Assembly: GCA_050015075.1 (NCBI GenBank)
Contig: JBEKCB010000021.1
Span: 24,303-88,302, forward strand
Source: Candidatus Brocadiia bacterium
GTDB taxonomy: Bacteria > Planctomycetota > Brocadiia > CAIUPP01
Length of the DNA: 64,000 bases
Direction of reading: 5' to 3'
Below, one piece after another: positions 35,774 to 44,660 of the stretch. Position 1 is the first letter of the stretch, and every line of letters begins with the position of its first letter. The translations under genes were made by a program, and so were the position numbers. The notes beneath the pieces are model-generated. The model was not told where the DNA came from. It saw only the letters and a program-made list of their open reading frames with translations, and did no database searches.

Positions 35774-38700
35774 ATGTTTCGTCCTGTCGAAAAGAATTTC
35801 GATCTCGTCGCCGCCGAACATGAAATCCTCCAGTTCTGGAAGGACACGGACGCGTTCGAGAAACTGCGCGCGAAGAACGCGGGGAAGCCGAAGTGGTCCT
35901 TCCTCGACGGCCCGATCACGGCCAATAATCCGATGGGCGTCCACCACGCCTGGGGCCGCTCGCTCAAGGACTGCTACCAGCGCTTCCACGCGATGAAGGG
36001 CCGCGAACTCCGCTACCAGAACGGCTTCGATTGCCAGGGCCTCTGGGTCGAGGTCGAGGTCGAGAAGGAGCTGGGCTTCAAGACCAAGCGCGATATCGAG
36101 GCGCACGGTCTCGAGAGGTTCATCAACCAGTGCAAGGAGCGCGTGAATAAGTTCGCCCGCATTCAGACGGAGCAGTCCATCCGGCTCGGCTATTGGATGG
36201 ACTGGGACCGCGAGGAGGACTGGGCCAAGGCGCCGGGCGAGCGCCGCAGTTACTTCACGATGTCCGACGAGAACAATTACACGATCTGGGCGTTCCTGAA
36301 GAAGTGCCACGAGCGCAAGCTGATCTACAAGGGACTCGACGCGATGCCCTGGTGCCCGCGCTGCGGCACGGGCATTTCCGAGCAGGAGCGCCGCGAGGGC
36401 TATAAGCGGATTCTCGACCAGGCGGTGTACATTAAGCTGCGCCTGCGCGGGCGGCCGGGCGAGCACCTGCTGGTGTGGACGACCACGCCGTGGACGCTCG
36501 CCGCCAACGTGGCCTGCGCGGTGCACCCGGAGATGCCGTACGTGAAGGTCCGCCAGGGCGACGAGGTTTACTATCTCGCTCGCGAGTTGCTGCGCGTGAT
36601 GAAGGAGCACGGGCCGTTCGAGGTCCTCGAGGAACTGCCCGGCAGCCGGCTGCTCGGACTGGAGTACGAAGGGCCGTTCGACGACCTGCCCAAGCCGGCC
36701 GAGGTCCAGGCCGCGCATCGCGTGATCGCGTGGAAGGAGGTCACCGCCACCGAGGGAACCGGCATCGTGCACATCGCGCCAGGCTGCGGCAAGGAGGATT
36801 TCGACCTCTCGAAGGAGCTGAACCTGCCCGTGCTGGCGCCGATTGACGAGGCGGGCATTTACGTGCAGGGCTACGGGTTCCTTTCCGGCCGGTTCGCCGG
36901 CGAGGTCGCCAACGACGTGCTCGAAGAGCTGCGCCGGCGCAACGTCTATTACAAGCGCGAGATGTACGAGCACGATTACCCGCACTGCTGGCGCTGCAAG
37001 ACGCAATTGCTCTTCCGCGCCGTGGACGAGTGGTACATCAACATGTCCTGGCGCGAGGAGATCATGAAGATCGTCCACCAGATCCGCTGGATCCCCGACT
37101 ACGGCAAGGACCTGGAGCTGGACTGGCTGGCGAACATGCACGACTGGATGATCAGCAAAAAGCGGTACTGGGGGCTCGCGCTGCCGATCTTCTCGTGCGA
37201 GTGCGGCTGGTTCGACGTCATCGGCGGCAAGGAGGAACTCAAAGCGCGCGCGGTCGCCGGCTGGGAGCAGTTCGAAGGCAACTCGCCGCATCGGCCCTGG
37301 GTGGACGCCATCCGCATCCGGTGCGAGAAGTGCGGCGGCCAAGCCGCGCGCATCCCGGACGTCGGCAACCCGTGGCTCGACGCCGGCATCGTCCCCTACT
37401 CGACCGTCCGCTACAACAGCGACCGCGAGTACTGGAAGAAATGGATCCCGGCCGACCTCGTGCTCGAGTGTTTCCCCGGCCAGTTCCGCAACTGGTTCTA
37501 CGCCCTGCTCTCCATGAGCGCGATGATGGAGCAGACGCCGCCCTTCCGCACGCTCCTCGGCCACGCCTTCGTCCGCGACGAAAAGGGCGAGGAGATGAGC
37601 AAGTCCGGCCCCAACTCCATCGTCTTCGACGAGGGAGCGGAGAAGGCGGGCGTGGACGCCATGCGCTGGCTCTTCTGCCGCCAGAACCCGAGCAACAACC
37701 TGAACTTCGGCTACACGCTCACCGAGCAGGTCCGGCGCAAGGTCTTCAACACCTGGTGGAATACCCTCAGCTTCTTTATCAGCTACGCGCGGACGGACGA
37801 TTTCGATCCGGCGCTGCCCAAGGTCCCGGTCGCCGAGCGGCAGGATCTCGACCGCTGGATCCTCTCGCGGCTACAGGAACTGCTGGCGACGGCCAACGAG
37901 CGGCTGGCGGAGTACGATGCGCCGTCGCTGGTGCGCGCGGCGGAGGAGTTCATTGACGCGCTGAGCACCTGGTACGTGCGGCGCTCGCGCCGGCGCTTCT
38001 GGCGGCCGAAGGACCCGAACGACCGCGACAAGCTCGCCGCGTACCAGACGCTGCACGAGGCGCTCGTGGCGCTCTGCAAGGCGCTCGCGCCGGTCGTCCC
38101 GTTCCTCACCGAGCGGTTCTACCAGCGGCTCGTCCGCGACGTGGACCCGGCCGCGCCGGAGAGCGTCCACCATTGCGATTATCCGCAGCCGGACCCGGCG
38201 CTCCACGACGAGGCGCTCAGCCGCGAGATGGATGCGGCGATGCAGATCGTCTCCGACACGCTGGCGCTCCGCGAGTCGCGCCAGTTGCGCGTCCGCCAGC
38301 CGCTGAGCGAGATGATCCGGCTCCCGGCCCCTGCCGATGAGACGCAGGCGAACGCACTGCGCCGCTTCAAAGCACATATCCTGGACGAGCTCAACATCAA
38401 GAAGCTGACGATAGCACATGATCTTACAGGGATCGTTTCGTACGAGATCAAGCCGAACATGAAACTCCTCGGCCCGAAATACGGCAACGAGGCTGGACGG
38501 CTCCGGGAGCTGCTTGCTGTTCTGGTAGAAAAGCAAGGCGCAGCATGGGTGGCCGAGCAAGTGCTGAAGAAGAATCCGATCAAGCTTCGTAGCGGAGAGG
38601 AATTCCTTCCGGAGGAAATCATCGTCGACAGGAAAGAGGCCGCCGGCTGGGCGGTGTCAGCCCAGGGCCAAGGCTGGACAGGGATCAATTACATCATCAC

Positions 38701-38968
38701 GCCGGAACTTGAACGCGAAGGTTTCGCTCGCGACATCGTCCGGCACATCCAGCAGATTCGCAAGGAACTCGACCTCGACCTCATGGACCACGTCACCGTC
38801 GCGTACGAGACCGCCGACGAAGTTCTGCTCAAGGCGATCGAGGAGAACCGGCCGCACATCCGCGGCGAGACGCTGTGCGACGATCTGTTCCCAGGCCACA
38901 GCGAATCGGCAAAGGACATCACTCTTTCCGGCCGCGACATCCGGCTCACGGTTCAGAAAGTCGGCTGA
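35774..38968 (+). CDS. ileS: Isoleucine-tRNA ligase, type 2
   Basis: 'FLDGPITAN', HIGH variant GVHH, 'GFDCQGL', editing 'WTTTPWTL' and 'GTGIVHIAP', 'DWMISKKRYWG', KMSKS variant EMSKS, 'WYVRRSRRRFW' and the type 2 C-terminal 'EGFARDIVRHIQQIRK'. Confidence 0.95.
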   Translation: MFRPVEKNFDLVAAEHEILQFWKDTDAFEKLRAKNAGKPKWSFLDGPITANNPMGVHHAWGRSLKDCYQRFHAMKGRELRYQNGFDCQGLWVEVEVEKELGFKTKRDIEAHGLERFINQCKERVNKFARIQTEQSIRLGYWMDWDREEDWAKAPGERRSYFTMSDENNYTIWAFLKKCHERKLIYKGLDAMPWCPRCGTGISEQERREGYKRILDQAVYIKLRLRGRPGEHLLVWTTTPWTLAANVACAVHPEMPYVKVRQGDEVYYLARELLRVMKEHGPFEVLEELPGSRLLGLEYEGPFDDLPKPAEVQAAHRVIAWKEVTATEGTGIVHIAPGCGKEDFDLSKELNLPVLAPIDEAGIYVQGYGFLSGRFAGEVANDVLEELRRRNVYYKREMYEHDYPHCWRCKTQLLFRAVDEWYINMSWREEIMKIVHQIRWIPDYGKDLELDWLANMHDWMISKKRYWGLALPIFSCECGWFDVIGGKEELKARAVAGWEQFEGNSPHRPWVDAIRIRCEKCGGQAARIPDVGNPWLDAGIVPYSTVRYNSDREYWKKWIPADLVLECFPGQFRNWFYALLSMSAMMEQTPPFRTLLGHAFVRDEKGEEMSKSGPNSIVFDEGAEKAGVDAMRWLFCRQNPSNNLNFGYTLTEQVRRKVFNTWWNTLSFFISYARTDDFDPALPKVPVAERQDLDRWILSRLQELLATANERLAEYDAPSLVRAAEEFIDALSTWYVRRSRRRFWRPKDPNDRDKLAAYQTLHEALVALCKALAPVVPFLTERFYQRLVRDVDPAAPESVHHCDYPQPDPALHDEALSREMDAAMQIVSDTLALRESRQLRVRQPLSEMIRLPAPADETQANALRRFKAHILDELNIKKLTIAHDLTGIVSYEIKPNMKLLGPKYGNEAGRLRELLAVLVEKQGAAWVAEQVLKKNPIKLRSGEEFLPEEIIVDRKEAAGWAVSAQGQGWTGINYIITPELEREGFARDIVRHIQQIRKELDLDLMDHVTVAYETADEVLLKAIEENRPHIRGETLCDDLFPGHSESAKDITLSGRDIRLTVQKVG

Positions 38969-38979
38969 AGGAGGCACTC

Positions 38980-39630
38980 ATGCGTGCGAGGAGAATGCTT
39001 GGCGCGTTGGGCGTTGCGCTGTTCCTGGGCGGCATGGCGCTGGCGGCGGACGAGGCGCTCAAGCCGATCCCGCTGCCGAAGCCGCAGATGGAGGGCGGCA
39101 AGCCGTTGATGCGGGCGCTGAAGGACCGGCAGACCTCGCGCAGCTTCAGCTCCGAGAAGCTGTCGAAGCAGATCCTCTCGAACCTGCTCTGGGCGGCGGA
39201 CGGAGTGAATCGGCCGGACGGCAAGCGCACCGCTCCGTCAGCGGTAAACTGGCAGGAAATTGACGTCTACGTCGCCATGGCCGACGGACTTTTTCTTTAC
39301 GACGCGAAGGCGAACGCGCTGCAGCCCGTGCTGGAGAAGGACATCCGGGAAACGACCGGAAAGCAGCCGTTCGTGAAGGACGCGCCGCTGAGCCTGGTCT
39401 TCGTCGCGGATTACGCGAAGATGGGCGACATATCCGACGCCGACAAGGCAATGTATTCGGCGGCGGACACGGGGTTCATCAGCCAGAACGTCTACCTGTT
39501 CTGCGCGTCGGAGGGGCTGGCGACGGGCGTGCGCGGGATGATACCCAGGGAAGAACTCGCGCAGGCGATGAAGCTGCGCCCGGACCAGAAGATCGTCCTG
39601 GCCCAGGGCGTCGGCTATCCGAAGAAGTAA
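38980..39630 (+). CDS. Exported nitroreductase-family (SagB/ThcOx-like) protein
   Basis: Signal peptide; 'LSNLLWAADGVNR', 'RTAPSA' and 'DTGFISQNVYLFCASEGL'. AGGAGG RBS. Confidence 0.88.
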   Translation: MRARRMLGALGVALFLGGMALAADEALKPIPLPKPQMEGGKPLMRALKDRQTSRSFSSEKLSKQILSNLLWAADGVNRPDGKRTAPSAVNWQEIDVYVAMADGLFLYDAKANALQPVLEKDIRETTGKQPFVKDAPLSLVFVADYAKMGDISDADKAMYSAADTGFISQNVYLFCASEGLATGVRGMIPREELAQAMKLRPDQKIVLAQGVGYPKK

Positions 39631-39650
39631 GCCTTCGAGGGGAAGGCAAC

Positions 39651-39709
39651 GAGTTTTTGCCGCAAAGAGACGCAAAAGCTCTATCGTCCATCGTCCATCG
39701 TCTATCGTC
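39651..39709. repeat. Hairpin plus CCATCGT heptamer tract
   Basis: gagtttttgc..gcaaaagctc, then ctatcgtccatcgtccatcgtctatcgtc. Related to the element at 42200-42297. Confidence 0.75.
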
Positions 39710-39729
39710 ACCGCCCCCCGAAATCCCCC

Positions 39730-39781
39730 TTGACATGCCTAGGATGCCATGGTATAGTTACATAGGTGATCTATGTAACTA
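39730..39781 (+). promoter_or_regulatory. Sigma70 promoter overlapped by a perfect 11-5-11 inverted repeat (probable PadR operator)
   Basis: TTGACA(39730)-N17-TATAGT(39753); TAGTTACATAG-gtgat-CTATGTAACTA at 39755-39781. Confidence 0.8.
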
Positions 39782-39791
39782 GGGCAAGGAG

Positions 39792-40136
39792 GTGGATGAG
39801 ATGGAATTCCGCAGCGACCTGGTGAAAGGGAGCGTGGCGCCGATCGCGCTGAAGCTGCTGTCCGAGCGCGAGCGGTACGGGTACGAGATCGTCAAGCTCG
39901 TCAACGAGCGCACGCAGGGCGCGCTCCAGTGGAAGGAAGGCACGCTCTATCCATGCCTGCACCAACTGGAGGCCGACGGGCTGCTCAGTTCCGCCTGGCG
40001 CGAGGCGGAGAGCGGCAAGCAGCGGAAATACTACCGCATCACCCGCAAGGGCCGCGCCGAGCTGGCCAGCCGCACCGACGAGTGGGCCGCCTTTTCCAAG
40101 ACGATAACCGCCCTGCTCATGGGAGCCACGGCATGA
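39792..40136 (+). CDS. PadR family transcriptional regulator
   Basis: 'YGYEIVK', 'EGTLYPCLHQLE..GLL' and 'RKYYRIT..G'. Confidence 0.93.
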   Translation: MDEMEFRSDLVKGSVAPIALKLLSERERYGYEIVKLVNERTQGALQWKEGTLYPCLHQLEADGLLSSAWREAESGKQRKYYRITRKGRAELASRTDEWAAFSKTITALLMGATA

Positions 40137-42184
40137 AACGCGTGGACGACCTGGTCCAGGCGGTGACCTACCGCTTTGGGCCGGATGCGGAGCTGCAGCG
40201 GGAAATCGCCCGCGAGCTCCGCGCGCACCTTGAGGATGCCGTCGCCGCCGCGCGCGCCGGCGGGATGGACGAGGCGCGCGCCGAGGAGACCGCTCTCCGC
40301 GCTTTCGGCGATCCAGAGGAGATCGGCGAGAAACTCTGGCAGGCCAATCGCCGCCGGATGCGCCTGCGCGCCGTGGCGAAGTGGACCGGCCGGCTCGTCC
40401 TGATGCCGGCGGGCATCCTCCTGGCGGTGTGGCTCTGCGCCGCCATGGTGGAGCTTGCGGGCGTGGTTCTCCTGGCTTCTGAGCTGAGTGGAAGTTTTTC
40501 TTTTGTCGGCCCCGTAAAGGCGTTCCTGCCGAATAAGCTGAATCCGGAACTGTACCCTCCTCATGTTGCAGCCCGAAACGGCCTGAAGGAAGACGAGCGG
40601 TTGCTGCTGGAAGCAAATCAGTTCGATGAAAGCCCGTCTCAGAGCTTAGAGAGATGGGAGAAATTGGTTTACTTTCATCCGAACAATCCGGTCTACCGCG
40701 CGCGTCAGTACGTCGCGTTCCTCTCCAGCTTACGGGCCAGTAACGTTGATACGCTTGCGCCTTCCGACAAGAACTTCGCCCAGGCAAAGGCGATTCTCGA
40801 CGCGGGCGAAAGGGCCGATCCGGACAACGCGTTCTGGAATTACATGAAGGCGGACCTGCTGATGTACAAAAGCGGAGCGGCGAAACAGGAAGAGGACCCT
40901 TCGTTCACCTTTACGCGCGCCGCCGGCAATCCAACAACCACCGCCCACGGAGAACGTCTCGTCTTCGCCGACCGGGCCTTGTTCGAGCGCGGCCTCGATG
41001 AATACCGGAAGGGCCTGACAAAGCCGTTTTACAAGTCTTATGCAATGGAATCACAGGAAGAGTTGCTATCCCTTGAAAAACCGCCGACTACGTTGCGGGA
41101 AGAGCTCTCTCTGATAGCGCGATGGGCGGCCATACTGCTCCCCGACCTCGCCTGCATGAGAAACGTGTCGCGCGGCGTCATGGCCTACGCTGCATTGCTC
41201 ATCAAGGAAGGGCATCCGGAGGAAGCCGAAACGTTGATCCGGATGGCCCCCATTGGCGGCGAGCAGGTCGGGGCCGCGAGCAGGACGCTAATTGACCTCC
41301 TCGTGGCCAATGCCATGCGGCAAATTACGTTGCGCCAAGGCGCGGCGCTGTACGAACGATTGGGGAACCACGGTCTGGCGGACCGGGCGCTGGCGCTGGC
41401 CCGAAAAGAGTCCCAGCAAGAAGGGAGTTTCCTCCAGCGCATTGACCCGAATGCAGAAGAGTTCAAGTTCGTCGCTGCGCGGACGGGATTCTTAGGCGAT
41501 TTGACGTTCCCGCCGTTCGTGCCGTTGGCGGACCTTTCGATCATAACCGATCTTCAGCGGGCCGAGCGCTTTTTAGCCGAGCGCGCGGCGCTGGGCTGCC
41601 TGGCGCTGCTCTATTTGATCGCCGTCGGCTGGCTGGGCATCCGGACCTTGTGGAGTCTGTGGCGCCACCGCAAGGACACGACCGGGCCAAAGCTCCACTT
41701 CATCGGCTGGCGGCGGCTCGGCTGGATTGCGCTGATCGCCGTGGCGCTTCCGCTGGCGGCGTACGCGATTCTCACGCGCGCGTTCGCCGGCGGCAGCGCG
41801 CACTATGGCATCAACTACCAGCTGCTGCGCGTGGCGCTGGAAATGGGCGGCGCGATGCTGCTGATCTTCGGCCTCTCGCTGTTCCTGGGCCAGCGCGCCG
41901 CGACGTTCTCCTGCCGCGCCGCGGGCATCAGCGACCGCGCCGAGCTCCGCATGAGCGTCCGGCGGAGCCTGCTGCCTGTCCTCGTCGTGTGCTTCCTGCT
42001 CGTGGGGATCGTCTCGCAGGCGTATCTGCGCTACGGCGAATCTTCGGCCGTGAAGGCCCTCTCGCAGCCCGGCCGGCGGCCGTTCCTCGACGAGATGAAT
42101 TATGTCGCATGGAAGGACTACAAAGACTACCTGCGCGCGCTGCCGGACCACGGCGCGCTCCCGGCTGACGAAATCCGCCGGTGA
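40133..42184 (+). CDS. Membrane protein with 'permease prefix domain 1', large periplasmic helical domain and C-terminal TM bundle
   Basis: 'EIARELRAHLED...AEETALRAFGDPEEI'; ATGA-coupled to padR. Confidence 0.8.
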   Translation: MKRVDDLVQAVTYRFGPDAELQREIARELRAHLEDAVAAARAGGMDEARAEETALRAFGDPEEIGEKLWQANRRRMRLRAVAKWTGRLVLMPAGILLAVWLCAAMVELAGVVLLASELSGSFSFVGPVKAFLPNKLNPELYPPHVAARNGLKEDERLLLEANQFDESPSQSLERWEKLVYFHPNNPVYRARQYVAFLSSLRASNVDTLAPSDKNFAQAKAILDAGERADPDNAFWNYMKADLLMYKSGAAKQEEDPSFTFTRAAGNPTTTAHGERLVFADRALFERGLDEYRKGLTKPFYKSYAMESQEELLSLEKPPTTLREELSLIARWAAILLPDLACMRNVSRGVMAYAALLIKEGHPEEAETLIRMAPIGGEQVGAASRTLIDLLVANAMRQITLRQGAALYERLGNHGLADRALALARKESQQEGSFLQRIDPNAEEFKFVAARTGFLGDLTFPPFVPLADLSIITDLQRAERFLAERAALGCLALLYLIAVGWLGIRTLWSLWRHRKDTTGPKLHFIGWRRLGWIALIAVALPLAAYAILTRAFAGGSAHYGINYQLLRVALEMGGAMLLIFGLSLFLGQRAATFSCRAAGISDRAELRMSVRRSLLPVLVVCFLLVGIVSQAYLRYGESSAVKALSQPGRRPFLDEMNYVAWKDYKDYLRALPDHGALPADEIRR

Positions 42185-42199
42185 ACGGAAGGCGGCGGA

Positions 42200-42297
42200 T
42201 TTTACCGCGAAGGGGCGTAAGAGACGCAAGAAAGACGATGGACCAGGGACGATGGACGATAGAACTCTGGCGTCTCTTGAGCCTTTTTGCGACTAAA
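42200..42297. repeat. Imperfect palindrome enclosing GACGATG heptamers
   Basis: aagagacgc ... gcgtctctt arms; ggacgatggacgatag (42247-62) is the exact reverse complement of 39681-96. Confidence 0.75.
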
Positions 42298-42370
42298 CTT
42301 CAAGCCTTCGGCACTGCGTCGTCGGGCTGACGGCAAGCGCCTTGGCCGCGCGTACTTTCGTACACCTCGC

Positions 42371-42472
42371 TGTGTCATTTCACACAAACCCGCCAAACAT
42401 GCGGCCGGCCATTCTGACAAACCCGCGAAAAACCGACGCTGCGGCAATGACCGGCGACGGCACGGCCTTTGC
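42371..42472 (+). promoter_or_regulatory. Sigma54 promoter with upstream activator-like site
   Basis: GGCACGGCCTTTGC (GG-N10-GC) at 42459-72; TGT-N10-ACA palindrome at 42371-86. Confidence 0.65.
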
Positions 42473-42517
42473 TGATCTCCGAATGGAAGCAAGAAGTTTC
42501 TCTTGAAGGAGGCGGAC

Positions 42518-42883
42518 ATGAACCTCATCAGTTTCGGCGGAAGGACGTTGAGCGCGGTGGCGCTGGCCGGTGTAATCGGAGGCGGTATTTGGCTGTTCGG
42601 CTGCGGGCGAAACGACACCGCGGCGCAAGGCGCATCGTCCGACCCGAGCCCGGCCAGTGCGCCCGCGGCGACCGCGTCTGACGCCAAAGCCACGGTCGGA
42701 ACTGCGCAGACTAACTGTCCGGTCATGGGAGGCAAAATCAGCAAGGCGATATTCGCCGACTACCGGGGCAAGCGAGTTTACTTCTGCTGTGGCGGCTGCC
42801 CGGCAGTATTCGCCAAGGATCCGGCGAAGTACGTCAAAGCGCTGGAGGACAAGGGCGTCGTTCTCGACAAGACCCCGCAATAG
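42518..42883 (+). CDS. Exported YHS-domain (metal-binding) protein
   Basis: 'QTNCPVMGGKI..DYRGKRVYFCCGGC...F.KDPAKY'; signal peptide or lipobox 'FGC'; AGGAGG RBS. Confidence 0.85.
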   Translation: MNLISFGGRTLSAVALAGVIGGGIWLFGCGRNDTAAQGASSDPSPASAPAATASDAKATVGTAQTNCPVMGGKISKAIFADYRGKRVYFCCGGCPAVFAKDPAKYVKALEDKGVVLDKTPQ

Positions 42884-42917
42884 TGAGCGGCCGCGTCAAC
42901 AGCAGGAGATTCATGAC

Positions 42918-43475
42918 ATGTGGAAAGTCACGGCCGTCGTCGCGTTCGCGGGCGCCGTGCTCTGCGGCTGCATCGGGCCGAACCCGTACCGAAGCGTTGA
43001 CCTGAAGCACGACCTGGATCAAGCGGCGCTGGCGCGGTACGAAAGCGAATGGAAGGCGTTGCAGGCAACCGGGCACGCCGAGCCGATGGTCCGGATCGAG
43101 CACAGCAACTGGTGGCCGCTGGGACTGATCGCCTATCACCGGGACTGTTCCGTCACGCGCATGGATACGCCCAAAGGCCCGGTCTACCATGTCATGAGCG
43201 GGCATGGGTTCGGCCCCTTGAGCGTTCTCTACGCCGTTTCAACCGACGCCACGTACACCGCCGCGGGCGAGCGCGTGAACTGGATGCGGATGCAGACCGC
43301 GCTGACCGGCTGCCTGGTCATGGGCCACGAGACCGACGCGAAGCTCTCCGACGGCCGCGAGGAGTGGTCCTCTTCCTGGATGCTGATCCACCACGTCTTC
43401 AACATCCACGCCATGGACGGCCACACGTACTACTCGCTCTTCACCATGCCCAACGCGATCGGGGTTGATCCATGA
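42918..43475 (+). CDS. Hypothetical lipoprotein
   Basis: MWKVTAVVAFAGAVLCG|C lipobox; AGGAG RBS. Confidence 0.65.
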   Translation: MWKVTAVVAFAGAVLCGCIGPNPYRSVDLKHDLDQAALARYESEWKALQATGHAEPMVRIEHSNWWPLGLIAYHRDCSVTRMDTPKGPVYHVMSGHGFGPLSVLYAVSTDATYTAAGERVNWMRMQTALTGCLVMGHETDAKLSDGREEWSSSWMLIHHVFNIHAMDGHTYYSLFTMPNAIGVDP

Positions 43476-43572
43476 GCGGCGTCGGCCGGCTGCGGCTGCT
43501 GACGCCGGCGCGAACGCTCGGGCCGTTTATCGCGGGCCGGAACTGCGGCTCGGCGGGAAGATCAGCCGTCGG

Positions 43573-44583
43573 TCACTTGTTGAACTGGAAGTGCTTCCTG
43601 CGGAACAACTTGACGCAGGCGTTCACGGCTTCCGCGTCATAGCGGGTGCCCTTTCCGCCGGCGATTTCCTGCAACGCCTTGCCGATGCCGAGCGCGGCTC
43701 GATAGGGGCGATGGGAGCACATGGCCTCGACGACGTCGGCGACCGCCAGGACGCGGGCTTCGAGGATGATTCTATCGCCTTTCAGGTGATTCGGATAGCC
43801 GGAGCCGTCCAGCCGTTCGTGGTGTTGGAGCGTCGCCTCGGCGACCGGCCAGATGAAGTCAATCTTCTTGAGGACATCCGCTCCGAACTGCGGGTGCGTC
43901 TTGATGATGCCGAACTCGTGATCGCTGATCTTGCTCGGCTTGGCGAGGATTTCGGCGGGCACGGCGATCTTGCCGATGTCGTGGACATAGCAGGCGATGC
44001 GCAGGCCCTCGATCCGGTCCTCGGGCATTCCCATTTCGGCGAACATGGCGCAGGCGAGTTGCGCGACTTGCCGCTGGTGGCCGGCCGTGTACGGATCGCG
44101 CAGCTCCAGCGTCGAGGCGATCGCCTGGATGCTGCCGTCCATCATCTGTTCCAGTTTCCGGGCGCCGTCCTTGAGCCGCTGCTCCGTCTCAACGCGATCG
44201 GTGACGTCGAATATGAAGTGGACGTAGCCGGTGATCCGCCCGTCTTCGCGCATCGCGTCCACCACGGTTTCCAGCCAACGGTCTCCCATCCGCCAGACGA
44301 GCCGCTCTTTGAGGCCGCTCTTCCGCATGCGGACCGCCGGGCAGTTGTCTATGCGCCGGCACGTCGTGTGAGCGACTTCCCAGCAGGGACGCCCGATGAC
44401 CTCAGCCGAACGCTTCCCCAGAAGCTTCAGAAGCGCCGCGTTGCACAGCAGGATGCGGCCTTCCTTGTTGCAGAGAAAAATGCCTTCGCTGAGGGCTTCG
44501 AACGTCGCATGCCAGAACTGGATGAATTCCTGCAACGCTTTTTGCGGATGATGCCCCGGTCCGCGCGCCTGCTTCCTCACCAT
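43573..44583 (-). CDS. PAS + HD-GYP cyclic-di-nucleotide phosphodiesterase
   Basis: Cys-rich PAS domain; 'RDPYTAGHQ', 'HDIGK' and 'HHERLDGSGYP'. Confidence 0.92.
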   Translation of the reverse strand: MVRKQARGPGHHPQKALQEFIQFWHATFEALSEGIFLCNKEGRILLCNAALLKLLGKRSAEVIGRPCWEVAHTTCRRIDNCPAVRMRKSGLKERLVWRMGDRWLETVVDAMREDGRITGYVHFIFDVTDRVETEQRLKDGARKLEQMMDGSIQAIASTLELRDPYTAGHQRQVAQLACAMFAEMGMPEDRIEGLRIACYVHDIGKIAVPAEILAKPSKISDHEFGIIKTHPQFGADVLKKIDFIWPVAEATLQHHERLDGSGYPNHLKGDRIILEARVLAVADVVEAMCSHRPYRAALGIGKALQEIAGGKGTRYDAEAVNACVKLFRRKHFQFNK

Positions 44584-44660
44584 GGTCTCCTTGCAACCCA
44601 CGAGAGCTTCTCCCTAAGACACCTGCACACAAGCCGCCAAGCCGCGCGCAGCGAAACCGG

